From: a bacterium
Lineage (GTDB): Bacteria > SM23-31
Length of the DNA: 64,000 nucleotides
Assembly: GCA_965249485.1 (NCBI GenBank)
Contig: OZ252239.1
Coordinates: 3,552,001 to 3,616,000 of the forward strand
Direction: 5' to 3'
The notes under the pieces were generated by a model. The model ran no database searches. It saw only the letters and a program-made list of their open reading frames with translations, and had not been told where the DNA came from. This document shows positions 10,512-19,795 of the stretch, piece after piece. Within the stretch, counting starts at the first letter, position 1. Every line of letters begins with the position of its first letter. Position numbers and translations under genes: made by a program.

Positions 10512-11716
10512 TAGAGTATGGTGATTTTTGCTTTTGACTGGCTGCCTTCGAGCGCTCCACCGGCAACCGGATAAAATGGGGGATAAATATATTCCAATCT
10601 ATCGTCATACTGGTAAAACTTTTTGAAACCACTTGGGGGGCTGCCGAGCATCCCAACAGGTCCTCGAACCTCCTGTACAATGCCGCCCAACAATTCGAGG
10701 CGAGTCGACGGCGTAAAATCGATATTCTCCGCTCTGAACGATCCGTCGCGTACGAGAATTGTTGCATGAATCCGTACCTGATCCCTGTTATCGGAATTAT
10801 CCTGTACAATCACATTTTCAAATGCAACAAGACCGAGCACATCTTCCGAATCGGGATTAGCAATAGGATCATCGGAATAAATAATATCGTTTGTAACATA
10901 GACACTTTTTGTTGTCGCCACTGTTACTTTGCCGTTGATGGTCCCTTCAACATATATGTTTCGGTTGGATGCGATAACACCGTTTGCCGGAATGGACTGC
11001 GACTGCCACGAGCCTCCCGAACCGACTTTAAACTGATATGTACCGTCGTTCTGAAACCGGAGATAAAGTGTGTTATTCAGAACAAAATGACCACCGTCAA
11101 ACGCAGCATCCCACAATGCTGTAAAATCGGGAGAAAGATCAATACTGCTCCGCCCGAAATCTGTTCCACCGTAGAAATTGGGGGATGTCCATCCGAGTGT
11201 GTTGTAGGTCGAACTAACACTCGAAACCAGACCGTAGAATACCGGGGCACCCGTCATATTAAATTGGTCGTTCGAGTGTACCGGACCCGAAAGCGTATCA
11301 GCAGAATAAAACCAGATATTGTCTTCTCTGTTGGAAAAGTAGGAATAACGTGAAAATCGCTCGCTCGGCTCAATTACTGAAAACACTACATTTATTGAAT
11401 CCTCGCTTCCGTTAAATTCTCCGACTGCATGGACTTGTACAACATCAGCTCCGATATCCGCTCTATCAATCGCTCTTATATCTGCAGTACCTCCAGCAAT
11501 CGCAACATCAAGAAGTTCATCTCTCCACTCAGGCTCCAGCGCAAGTTTCGTGAGGGCGACACGGGCGCCGCTTTCTGCAACGAGTTTTGTCTGTTTTTCT
11601 GAATAAAATTCGTATGCTCCTGCCGCCGAAATGGTTGCTGAATCGCGCATGTTACCTCTATAGCCACTAAGAATCATGATAAATCCTGTCAGTAAAATTA
11701 TTATCGCTCTTCCCAT
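10502..11716 (-). CDS. PilX-like large minor pilin (DUF4900-type)
   Basis: Hydrophobic N-terminus MGRAIIILL, 'AESG...AL' PilX motif, GPVHSND, C-terminal 'K.YQYDDRL...PPFYP'. Start set at ATG 11716. Confidence 0.75.
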   Translation of the reverse strand: MGRAIIILLTGFIMILSGYRGNMRDSATISAAGAYEFYSEKQTKLVAESGARVALTKLALEPEWRDELLDVAIAGGTADIRAIDRADIGADVVQVHAVGEFNGSEDSINVVFSVIEPSERFSRYSYFSNREDNIWFYSADTLSGPVHSNDQFNMTGAPVFYGLVSSVSSTYNTLGWTSPNFYGGTDFGRSSIDLSPDFTALWDAAFDGGHFVLNNTLYLRFQNDGTYQFKVGSGGSWQSQSIPANGVIASNRNIYVEGTINGKVTVATTKSVYVTNDIIYSDDPIANPDSEDVLGLVAFENVIVQDNSDNRDQVRIHATILVRDGSFRAENIDFTPSTRLELLGGIVQEVRGPVGMLGSPPSGFKKFYQYDDRLEYIYPPFYPVAGGALEGSQSKAKITILYWR

Positions 11717-11729
11717 AATCGTAACGTAC

Positions 11730-12281
11730 CTATCTATCGATATTGACGAGATATGTTTGCCACTGCAAAGACGCACGAATCTTCGATTCTTGTGTGCTGA
11801 TCATGTCAAATGCCCTCATCTGAGTTGTCACCGATCTGATATCAGATAACGATGCTGTAGGACTTCCCTCTGCATTAAAATAGGAAAATGATACTGATGC
11901 TTTCCCCATGGACTCCTCATTACCGGAATTGGAGCCGATCCGGCGCATTATAAAGGAGAGAGTATCACCGTAAGCTCCTAATACTGAACGTACAAAATAG
12001 CTTAGCGTATCAGGTGTGCCGTTATTATCAATATCTCCTAGAAACATGAATTGGGTCGAATCGGCAGCAATAACCGTATCGATTGAATCGGGGACTCCAA
12101 TACCTGCAATACGGATATCGGCATTAATTATATCTGCAACGGTGAGAAGTCTGTCGTGTGTCGCCACCGAACTGACTAACTCACTCTGAGCATCCATTGT
12201 ACCAAACAGGAGCGTCATCATCGAGAGTATCAGCAGACTGCCGATTATCCAGGTTCCTGCTATTTCCAAGAGTGTATTCAT
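11730..12281 (-). CDS. PilW-like minor pilin
   Basis: MNTLLEIAGTWIIGSLLIL hydrophobic helix; 'DIRIAG.G' PilW/GspJ-like motif; position in pil operon. Confidence 0.7.
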   Translation of the reverse strand: MNTLLEIAGTWIIGSLLILSMMTLLFGTMDAQSELVSSVATHDRLLTVADIINADIRIAGIGVPDSIDTVIAADSTQFMFLGDIDNNGTPDTLSYFVRSVLGAYGDTLSFIMRRIGSNSGNEESMGKASVSFSYFNAEGSPTASLSDIRSVTTQMRAFDMISTQESKIRASLQWQTYLVNIDR

Positions 12282-12282
12282 G

Positions 12283-12756
12283 CTATTCGTTGTCCCAAAG
12301 GCTGAAAATGTGGATGAGTTTTACCGTGTCCTCGAGAAAAGGAGACGTTACGTCGACAATCATCCGCTTATACAGTGTCTGATTGAATAGAGAAACGTTC
12401 ATGTTGTTCGTATCAACATAGGCAATAGTGGCTGCGACATTGTAGGTCATGAATTCAGTGCTTATGGTATCGGAATAATTCTCGAAATCGTCAACGTCGT
12501 CAAACATCGGGTACTGTTCACCGAATTCAGCTCCCAAATTTGCCGGTTCTGTCAAAATATCGGGATCAAGCGATTCCGCTCCGGTAATTGTTGTTTCATC
12601 AAATGCGAGACGTTTTGCATCCTCGATATATCCGAGCGCGATCGCCGTTGCACCATTCATTATTTGTGACTCAATTACAGTACCACTCGTTTCCAAAATT
12701 TCATGGTTCGTAAACACAGAAAGAATTGAGAATATGAGCACAGCGCCGATGATCAA
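12283..12756 (-). CDS. PilV-like minor pilin
   Basis: Hydrophobic N-terminus, 'A..IA..YIE..K.L.FD', 'FDDVDDF', 'KRMIVDV'; TTG start after AGGAG. Confidence 0.65.
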   Translation of the reverse strand: MIIGAVLIFSILSVFTNHEILETSGTVIESQIMNGATAIALGYIEDAKRLAFDETTITGAESLDPDILTEPANLGAEFGEQYPMFDDVDDFENYSDTISTEFMTYNVAATIAYVDTNNMNVSLFNQTLYKRMIVDVTSPFLEDTVKLIHIFSLWDNE

Positions 12757-12771
12757 AAGTGTTTCTCCTTT

Positions 12772-14685
12772 TTAGTTATCTTCAGCAGTAGCGAAAGCAA
12801 CCTCAGCACAGGTTGTCTTGCCTGCTTTTATACATTCTCTGCCGGATGCTCTGAGAACCAGCATTTCGTTGTTAAGAGCAATTGTTTTAATTGCCTCTTC
12901 ATCGATCAATTCCGACATTTCAAGTATTTTCCGTCTTATTTCCGGTGTGAACAGGAGCACTTCATGAATAGCCATTCTGCCGTGATATCCGTTATGACAC
13001 GATGAACAGCCAACAGGAGTGTAAAAAACAATGTCCGACTGTTCTTCATCCGTGAATCCGAGACCACAGGCAACCAGAGGATCGAATTTCGTATCGGGCT
13101 TTTTACATTCCGGGCAGAGTCTCCTGATTAGCCGCTGTGCAACGACAATATTGACCGAATGAGCGATAAGAAACGGCACGATCCCGATTTTATAAAGACG
13201 TGAGATTACACTTGCTGCATCGTTCGTATGGAGCGTCGAGAAAGTCAAATGACCTGTATTTGCAAGCTTGAATGCGATTTCGGCTGTTGGTTTATCCCTT
13301 ATTTCACCCACCATAACAACATCAGGATCGTGCCGTAATATTGAGCGGAGCGCCTGCTCAAAATCCATTTTCGGATTAATCTTAAGCTGGCGTGCGCCCT
13401 CAATCAAATATTCTACCGGCTCTTCAACAGTAAGTACATTAATTTCAGGACTCATAACTGCATTGAGAGCGGCCATCAGTGTCGTGCTTTTTCCGCTGCC
13501 CGTCGGCCCGGTCAGAATCACCATACCCTGCGGTTTTCCTATAGCTTTTCTAAAATCGCTGAGAGCATGCTTTAACAGACCAAGCTCTTTTAAATCTAAA
13601 ATCACATTTTTATCATCGAGAACCCGTACTACAACACTTTCGATTTTGCGTTCATAGTCGGAACTGATAACGGGAAGAATCGAGACTCGGAATCGGATTT
13701 TTCTCCCGGAGATTGTCCGCTGGAAAAAACCGTCCTGTGCGCTGTCCCTTTCAAATCGGTTCACATTTTTTGAGCGGTCCTTCAATACGGCGGCAATCGC
13801 CTCTGCTTTTGTTTCGGTCTGTGTGTTCCAGAGTATTAGTTTGCCGTCAATCCTGAATTAGATATCAATGTGCGTACCCGTTTTCGGTATAAAATGAATG
13901 TCACTTGCACCCTGGTTTACTGCATCAACAAAACTGCCTTCGATCAGATTGGTCAATTTGCTCCTGTTGATCTCGGCATCGAGCTCAATTTCATCTATTT
14001 CGGCAGCCGCTTCTTCTCCAGCTTCGAATTCATCCGGCGTATTTTCATAGTGCTGCAAAAATTCATTTTGGAGAGGAAGTACCTTATCAAATACCGATTG
14101 GATTGATTCGAGCTGGCAATAGTGCACCTCAGATCGGGAATATCCAAGCGTTGACGCAATTTCGGTTACGAGCGACGTAGTGGGGTCTGCAGCTGCAATA
14201 TTGATTATCCGTACAGGACCTTCTTCCGAACTGCTAAATGGCAGAACTGCCTCATCTCTGATTTTTTGTTTTAAATTCGTTCCAAGCTCACCAAAGAACC
14301 GATGGATCGATGTAATTGTGCTATCTTTTAGTGCACCATTGTCAAAATTGATTTCAGGAAATGCATAAATTTCCGCAAGCGTTCGGTAGACGTCATCACG
14401 TTCAACTCCGAAATCAGCAATCAGAATTTCACCAAATTTTCGCCGGTGGGAACCGTTTTCTGATTTTTGAATCGCAAGTGCATGTTCAATGACATCCTGC
14501 GTGAGAATGCCTTTGCCAAGCAGGCAGTCTCCCAGTCTTTGACCAGATTGTTTGTGGCGATCACCATATTCCGTTTGTGATAAATCTGTCTTCTGATTTC
14601 CACCGGCATGGAGAGAATCATGTAAATCAACTTTGCCAAACTGCATAATTGTATTTTGAATTCTCTTGATCATAATTTGCATCAT
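12772..14685 (-). CDS. pilB: PilB/GspE extension ATPase with one in-frame TAA at 13858-13860
   Basis: N-terminal RLGDCLL/KFGEILI (MshEN-like), ASDIHF, then HIDI*FRIDGKL in the same frame, GPTGSGKSTT, LRHDPDVVMVGEIRD, TGHLTFSTLHTND, CPEC/CSSC zinc motif. Confidence 0.9.
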
Positions 14686-14689
14686 TTTC

Positions 14690-16036
14690 TTAATACGACA
14701 ATCCCGGCATTTTAGGGCTTAATACTGCTGATTCTGACGACAAAATTGTCAATCCAATCACAACAAGAACAATGATTATGGAAATGGTAATATTGATCAT
14801 GTCAATACAGCTTTTTAATTTATACGATGTCTCTTTTTCGTAGTAGTTTGCAAGCTGCAGTGTTGCCGATTTGAGTGCGCCTGCTTCACTCCCTGACCTC
14901 AGACGCGATAAAGCAGACCGTGTGAATACTCCTGTTTTTTCGAGCGATTCGACCAGTCCTTTACCCTCTTTTATCAGCATAGGAATTGCTATCGTTTTAA
15001 TCCGTGATTCCATGAATGAATTTCTGCATGCCTCTGCTGCGATTCTGATTACGTGAATATTATTCCCCGACTCGCTGTACAGCGAATGAAAAACACGTGA
15101 AAATATCTCGATACTTGTTTTGTGCAGAAGACTGCCGATGTAAGGAAGCTTAATGCTGGCTGCGTCGATAAATTTTCTCCCTTTTTTACTGCGAAAAATC
15201 ATTACAGCTGTACCAAAATTTACCAGTGCTCCTGCTACAAACAGCATATAATTATCCTGAGCAAATGCACTCATGTCGAGAACTGCAGCCGTCATCGGCG
15301 GTAGCTCAATGTCATACCGGAGAAAAAGTTCGGCTGTTTTAGGGAAGATATAGGCAACATAAAAAATAATGGCAAGCGCCAGGAAGAACAGTACAACAAA
15401 CGGCATGACAAGCGCCTGACGGAGATTTTTTTTAAAATCTTCATTTCGCTCCATAAAACGTGCTGTGCTTGGATATATATCTTCCATATTACCACTCGTT
15501 GATGCAACGCCCAACATATAAGCAGGAAATCTTCCAAATGTTCTCTCATGTTTTCCAAATACCTCTTTGCCATCATTCCCGTCTTTCAAGTCTTTACCGA
15601 TTTCTCGCAGTGTCTGTTTTAGGGCTTTGTTGGTAGTATCGGTGCTGAGCAACTGGAGAATTTCATCATACGGGAGTTTTTCTCTCAACATATCCGCGCA
15701 AATCCGGATGAAAACTACAATATCTCTTGCAGGAGGCCGGAGATTGAAAAAATTGATTTTTCTATGGATACTCAAAATCCGGTAGTCCATTTTTCGCAAT
15801 GCTATTTCGACGTCAGATTTTTCGAATGCACGCTGTTCTCCCTTGATGGGTGGTTCTGAATTTTTTTGTGCCTTATACGTAAAAATTTGTTCGGGAATTA
15901 TTTTCCGGAGTGTAAATGACTCTTTTACTTCGAGGAGAGCAACGACTTGCTTGACCGATTGTTTATCTATCCCGGCAATTGTCCCTCTGATAGAGTGACC
16001 TGTTGATCGAATGCCTATGTAGCGGTATTTTTTCAT
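14690..16036 (-). CDS. pilC: PilC/GspF inner-membrane platform protein
   Basis: Two T2SSF repeats (IFP.TAELF...ELPPMT; SGSEAGAL...LANYYE) and three TM segments; ATG at 16036. Confidence 0.9.
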   Translation of the reverse strand: MKKYRYIGIRSTGHSIRGTIAGIDKQSVKQVVALLEVKESFTLRKIIPEQIFTYKAQKNSEPPIKGEQRAFEKSDVEIALRKMDYRILSIHRKINFFNLRPPARDIVVFIRICADMLREKLPYDEILQLLSTDTTNKALKQTLREIGKDLKDGNDGKEVFGKHERTFGRFPAYMLGVASTSGNMEDIYPSTARFMERNEDFKKNLRQALVMPFVVLFFLALAIIFYVAYIFPKTAELFLRYDIELPPMTAAVLDMSAFAQDNYMLFVAGALVNFGTAVMIFRSKKGRKFIDAASIKLPYIGSLLHKTSIEIFSRVFHSLYSESGNNIHVIRIAAEACRNSFMESRIKTIAIPMLIKEGKGLVESLEKTGVFTRSALSRLRSGSEAGALKSATLQLANYYEKETSYKLKSCIDMINITISIIIVLVVIGLTILSSESAVLSPKMPGLSY

Positions 16037-16049
16037 GATTATCCTTGAC

Positions 16050-16087
16050 AAAAAATTGCAGGCTCCCCGTGCATTCGGGAAGCCTGC
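16050..16087 (-). terminator. Intrinsic terminator/attenuator between pilin and pilC
   Basis: Minus strand GCAGGCTTCCCG-AATGCA-CGGGGAGCCTGC followed by AATTTTTT. Confidence 0.75.
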
Positions 16088-16102
16088 TGGCCCTGTCTCT
16101 GT

Positions 16103-16505
16103 CTACCGACTCGAGACAACCGGTGTTGATGATACCGAATCAGGATACACGGTAAAAGTGATCGTTACCGCTGTTCCGTCGCTATCACCATCTTCTTGTC
16201 CTACACCTGTGATATCAAAACTTCCGGCAATGACATTCGCAAGTGTAATAGGAGCCGTTTGCATTGCTACCGCTTGCACTTATTTGCGGAAGCGTAAAGG
16301 CTGAATACGACCGCCCACCACCACCCAGTGAACCGGGTTTCATGTACCACTGCTGTGCATTTGAGGCAATACGAAGCATATCGGATATAACCGCATCAAA
16401 GTTTGCCTGTGCAGCACTTTCAGTGAAAATATTGATTCCAATAGCTACTGCTATACCAACTACTATGACACCCAGAACTATGAGTAATAATTGTTGCTGA
16501 CCCAT
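16103..16505 (-). CDS. Putative major pilin (MGQQQLLL type), +1 frameshift near 16248
   Basis: First gene of the operon with strong AGGAGG RBS; hydrophobic helix LLLIVLGVIVVGIAVAIGINIF. Removing one base near 16248 gives ...NANGSYTLANVIAGSFDITGVGQEDGDSDGTAVTITFTVYPDSVSSTPVVSSR* ending at TAG 16103. Confidence 0.75.
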
Positions 16506-16551
16506 GATGTTACCTCCTAAACAAATCTAGATTGATTGTACTTTCTTAGTA

Positions 16552-16567
16552 AGCAACACACGTGCCA
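16552..16567 (-). promoter_or_regulatory. Sigma54 (-24/-12) promoter of the pilus operon
   Basis: Minus strand TGGCACG-TGTG-TTGCT, matching the RpoN consensus TGGCACG-N4-TTGC, about 46 nt upstream of the pilin ATG. Confidence 0.9.
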
Positions 16568-16586
16568 AAATCTATATATCATTAAT

Positions 16587-16599
16587 AAACAATAACTTA
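16587..16599. promoter_or_regulatory. Candidate IHF site
   Basis: AAACAATAACTTA fits WAWCAANNNNTTR; lies between the sigma54 promoter and the candidate enhancer sites. Confidence 0.45.
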
Positions 16600-16635
16600 A
16601 GATGAGTATGAACTAGTCGCACCGAAATAACATTT

Positions 16636-16673
16636 ACCACAATAGTGGTTAATAATAACCACAATTTGCGGTT
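16636..16673. promoter_or_regulatory. Tandem palindromic upstream activator sequences (enhancer-binding protein sites)
   Basis: ACCAC-AATA-GTGGT and AACCAC-AATTT-GCGGTT, starts 22 bp apart, 70-105 bp upstream of the -24 box. Confidence 0.55.
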
Positions 16674-16883
16674 GCAACCATTAATGTAACCGGTGTAACG
16701 GTAATACACTATATAGCATTAGTAGATTTAAATTATATGATGATTGGGGAGAAGAAGAGATTTTTAGCTGAAAAACAGCTTGCTGCTTGTTGCGTATCAG
16801 AAGTGAAAATGGTTGAATAAAAGAGCAAGTTATCGTATATTGGTGCTCTTGTTCACAAGTACAAACAAAAAGAATTGTAAGAA

Positions 16884-17123
16884 TTATGCAAAAATATCGA
16901 TTAATCTGTCTTGGGGAGAACGGTTTTTCTGAACGTCAACAAGAAATTTTATGGAATTGAAACGGATTTTTTTTGGGGTAAGATTAGGATTGATGCCGGT
17001 AGGTTCAAGATTGCCGGATTCTTTTCGAACCCGCGTATCGGTTTTTTCAATAACCTGGTTGCCAAATTGACGGACAAATGCCAGACTCCTAAGCGCATTT
17101 ATTCCTATTCCAATATCCGCCAT
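16884..17123 (-). CDS. Small hypothetical protein (79 aa) ending IDIFA
   Basis: ATG 17123, MADIGIGINALRSLAF...RLIDIFA; protein-like composition; same strand as the pil operon. Confidence 0.45.
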   Translation of the reverse strand: MADIGIGINALRSLAFVRQFGNQVIEKTDTRVRKESGNLEPTGINPNLTPKKIRFNSIKFLVDVQKNRSPQDRLIDIFA

Positions 17124-17210
17124 AATGGTTCCTATACATTTACCTATTATAAGTATACTACATTGCTCCCCGCATGTCAAGAAAAAAATAGATGTTGAGA
17201 CTGAAATCAT

Positions 17211-18368
17211 ATGGATTTTGCAACAAAAGATCATCTTCGACAGTACAGATTGTGGAAAGGACTACTCCATCCTGACCGTTCCGGCTACTCGATTCATACG
17301 GCAGTATCTCATTTCTTAGCACTGCCCGCTACAGATATCCACAGTGCATATCTTGCACTCTTGAACAGGGTGCATTTTTTCTCGACCGATTCGTTTGAGG
17401 AATATTTATACGTTTCAAAACAAGTAGGACGACTCCGAGGGATGAGAAAACAGCTCTTTATCATTCCGAAGGAAAATCATGAACTGATTTATTCTGGTAC
17501 GTATCAACAGCGTGAATATCTTATTAGAGAAAATCTGAAAAACCTATCTGTTGCTGAGGAAGCAATTTCATTGATATCAGAAATCGTCTTACATAAAATC
17601 GGAACACAGGAAAAAACCAGAGCACAACTCAAAAAGATTTTTTCCAAACAGGAACTAAAATCAATAACTTTAGACAAACCTCGCGCTCAGTTGACAACTA
17701 CCTTATTTGATCAGGCACTGGGTGTTTTGCTCGACAGATGGCAAATTATTCCTGGACATGAAACTTTGAAAAGTCAAGGCAACTATTTTCGCTTGTGCAC
17801 ATCACGACCGGAGGTCAAAGATGACCCTTCTTTTTTTGACGTTGCAGAGCGAAATCTTGTAGAACAGTACATCAGATGCTACGGTCCTGTTCACGAGAGT
17901 GATATTGCCTGGTGGTGCGGACTAACTATCGGTAGAGTACGGAAAATTCTGGCAGATCCTGTAATAAGTATAAAAAGTATCTCGTTACTTGAAAAAGAGT
18001 ACTGGATTTGGGAAGCAGAAAGCGAATCGTTCTTTGATGAAATTCCCACAAACACCGGTTGTTATTTGCTCGGGTTCAGCGATCCGCTCCTGAACGGGTA
18101 CGAATCTCATACTGAGTTCATTGATGAATCTTTAAGTAAGGAGATTTACTCACCTTCCGGCATTGTTAAGCCGACTGTTCTGGTTGATGGAGAGATGGTA
18201 GGATTATGGACCAGCCATGAAGCAAAAGAATCACTCAATCTAAAAATAGAACTTTTTAAAAATATTGATCACAAACAAGAAGATAAACTTTGCATCATCA
18301 TTGAAAAAACAGGTGATTTTCTTGCAGGTGATTCTAAAATAAGTAACGTTGAACTATCATACATGTAA
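17211..18368 (+). CDS. AlkZ/YcaQ-like winged-helix DNA glycosylase (HTH_42)
   Basis: SAYLALLNRV, GMRKQLF, YIRCYGP...DIAWWCGLT, LLGFSDPLL.GY, PTVLVDGEMVGLW. Confidence 0.85.
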   Translation: MDFATKDHLRQYRLWKGLLHPDRSGYSIHTAVSHFLALPATDIHSAYLALLNRVHFFSTDSFEEYLYVSKQVGRLRGMRKQLFIIPKENHELIYSGTYQQREYLIRENLKNLSVAEEAISLISEIVLHKIGTQEKTRAQLKKIFSKQELKSITLDKPRAQLTTTLFDQALGVLLDRWQIIPGHETLKSQGNYFRLCTSRPEVKDDPSFFDVAERNLVEQYIRCYGPVHESDIAWWCGLTIGRVRKILADPVISIKSISLLEKEYWIWEAESESFFDEIPTNTGCYLLGFSDPLLNGYESHTEFIDESLSKEIYSPSGIVKPTVLVDGEMVGLWTSHEAKESLNLKIELFKNIDHKQEDKLCIIIEKTGDFLAGDSKISNVELSYM

Positions 18369-18494
18369 TAGAGCAGTGATAATGAAATCTATGTGGATAT
18401 TACAACCATTTCACCTCATTGCAGGACACCTACAGTGACACACACACACGCAAATTGAAAAACTATACCGGATGAACTGCATCCTCTGATAGCG

Positions 18495-19085
18495 GTGATC
18501 GAAAAAAATGGCGATGATTTGAAGCAGTACGGCAGTAATCTTCAGAAAATATATGCATTGCTTCGGGAGCGGATACTTCACAAAAAAGACTTTGAGAAGC
18601 AGAAAGGCCTGCTTCGGAGAGATGGATTCACACAATTGATCGACGATTTGTTAAATATGGTCGATTTCATGCTCCCGCTTGAAACAAGAATCGAACTCTG
18701 GTATATTGTATTTGAATTGCTCCCCTATACATATCCTGAAAAGGACCTTGACTTTGCATTTAATATCTATCCCCGCTATGAACTTGCATGTATTATCGGG
18801 ACCGGGTACGTTCTAGGGGGCTATTCCAATAAGCGGAAAAAGAAAAATATCATAATAAAAGCAGTGAAAGGGCAGCGTTCAACACCTGAGATGAAAAAAC
18901 TTTTTCAGGAGATTGTTTCATCCGATTACCGGGAGGAATTCATTCAACGGACAAAAGCATTACTTGAAGAAACAAGAACCATTCGCGGTATCGCTCCAAA
19001 AAGTGAAAAACGGTCGTCACAGCAGATCGAAGAGGATTTCAATTTCGGATTTAGTTGGATCGGTTTTCATGTACCGTCGGATTGA
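18495..19085 (+). CDS. Hypothetical protein; 5' end uncertain or disrupted
   Basis: 196-aa ORF filling the gap between same-strand genes; the frame extends upstream to a TGA at 18456. Confidence 0.6.
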   Translation: MIEKNGDDLKQYGSNLQKIYALLRERILHKKDFEKQKGLLRRDGFTQLIDDLLNMVDFMLPLETRIELWYIVFELLPYTYPEKDLDFAFNIYPRYELACIIGTGYVLGGYSNKRKKKNIIIKAVKGQRSTPEMKKLFQEIVSSDYREEFIQRTKALLEETRTIRGIAPKSEKRSSQQIEEDFNFGFSWIGFHVPSD

Positions 19086-19149
19086 AAATGAAGCGCATTG
19101 CCCTTACATTTTCTTTCATAAATTAACAATTTCTTAACAGAGAAATAAC

Positions 19150-19178
19150 TTGACAATCGGGTCTAAAAAACATATCTT
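19150..19178 (+). promoter_or_regulatory. Sigma70-type promoter
   Basis: TTGACA-N17-TATCTT upstream of the STAS gene. Confidence 0.65.
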
Positions 19179-19239
19179 CAATACCACTATTTTGGCTATA
19201 TTTTATTCACTATTTTGATCATTCGGAGGAGGTTTTTAC

Positions 19240-19587
19240 ATGGCTATCAGCGAAAAGATTCATGATGATGTAGCGGTACTTAAGGTGAGCGGAAATCTCA
19301 TGGGCGGCAAGGAAACGCATGAGATCACTGAGAAAGTCAAAAGTCTTCTGAATGACGAGGTTAAAAAGATTGTTTTGGATCTCGGCAAAGTTAAATGGAT
19401 GAACAGTACCGGCCTTGGATCTCTCATTGAATCACGGCGTCTTATTACCGAGAAGGACGGCATTTTGAAAATCTCTAATGTAACCGAAAAAATTAAAAGT
19501 CTTCTGATCATTTCACAAATACTGAACTTGTTTGAGACATATGAAACAGCCGAGAGGGCTCTCGCGAGCTTTCGGTCAGCTTCATAA
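19240..19587 (+). CDS. STAS domain anti-sigma factor antagonist
   Basis: IVLDLGKVKWMNSTGLG phosphoserine motif; GGAGG RBS. Confidence 0.92.
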   Translation: MAISEKIHDDVAVLKVSGNLMGGKETHEITEKVKSLLNDEVKKIVLDLGKVKWMNSTGLGSLIESRRLITEKDGILKISNVTEKIKSLLIISQILNLFETYETAERALASFRSAS

Positions 19588-19795
19588 CTAATTTTTTCGG
19601 CGGAACCCCACCACCTCATCACAATGTTTATTCTATAAAGGCATGTTTATTCTGCATTTCAAGAGAATACGATTCTCTATATACAATTAGGATTATTACA
19701 ATAACAATATTTATTAATGCATTATTCGTACTTCATCACTTATTTATTATGTAATCTCTTTACATATATTATTGCATAACATAGGGAGTATAAGC

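Noticed and set aside
13858..13860. Stop-codon reassignment or readthrough of the TAA in pilB
   Set aside because: TAA ends many intact genes in this window and no other gene shows an internal TAA; a point error or nonsense mutation is simpler.
5433..16505. Calling the locus a type II secretion system
   Set aside because: A PilT-family retraction ATPase and a sigma54-driven, separately terminated first pilin fit a pilus better.
18456..18458. Selenocysteine at the in-frame TGA
   Set aside because: No redox motif context and no evident SECIS-like hairpin directly downstream.
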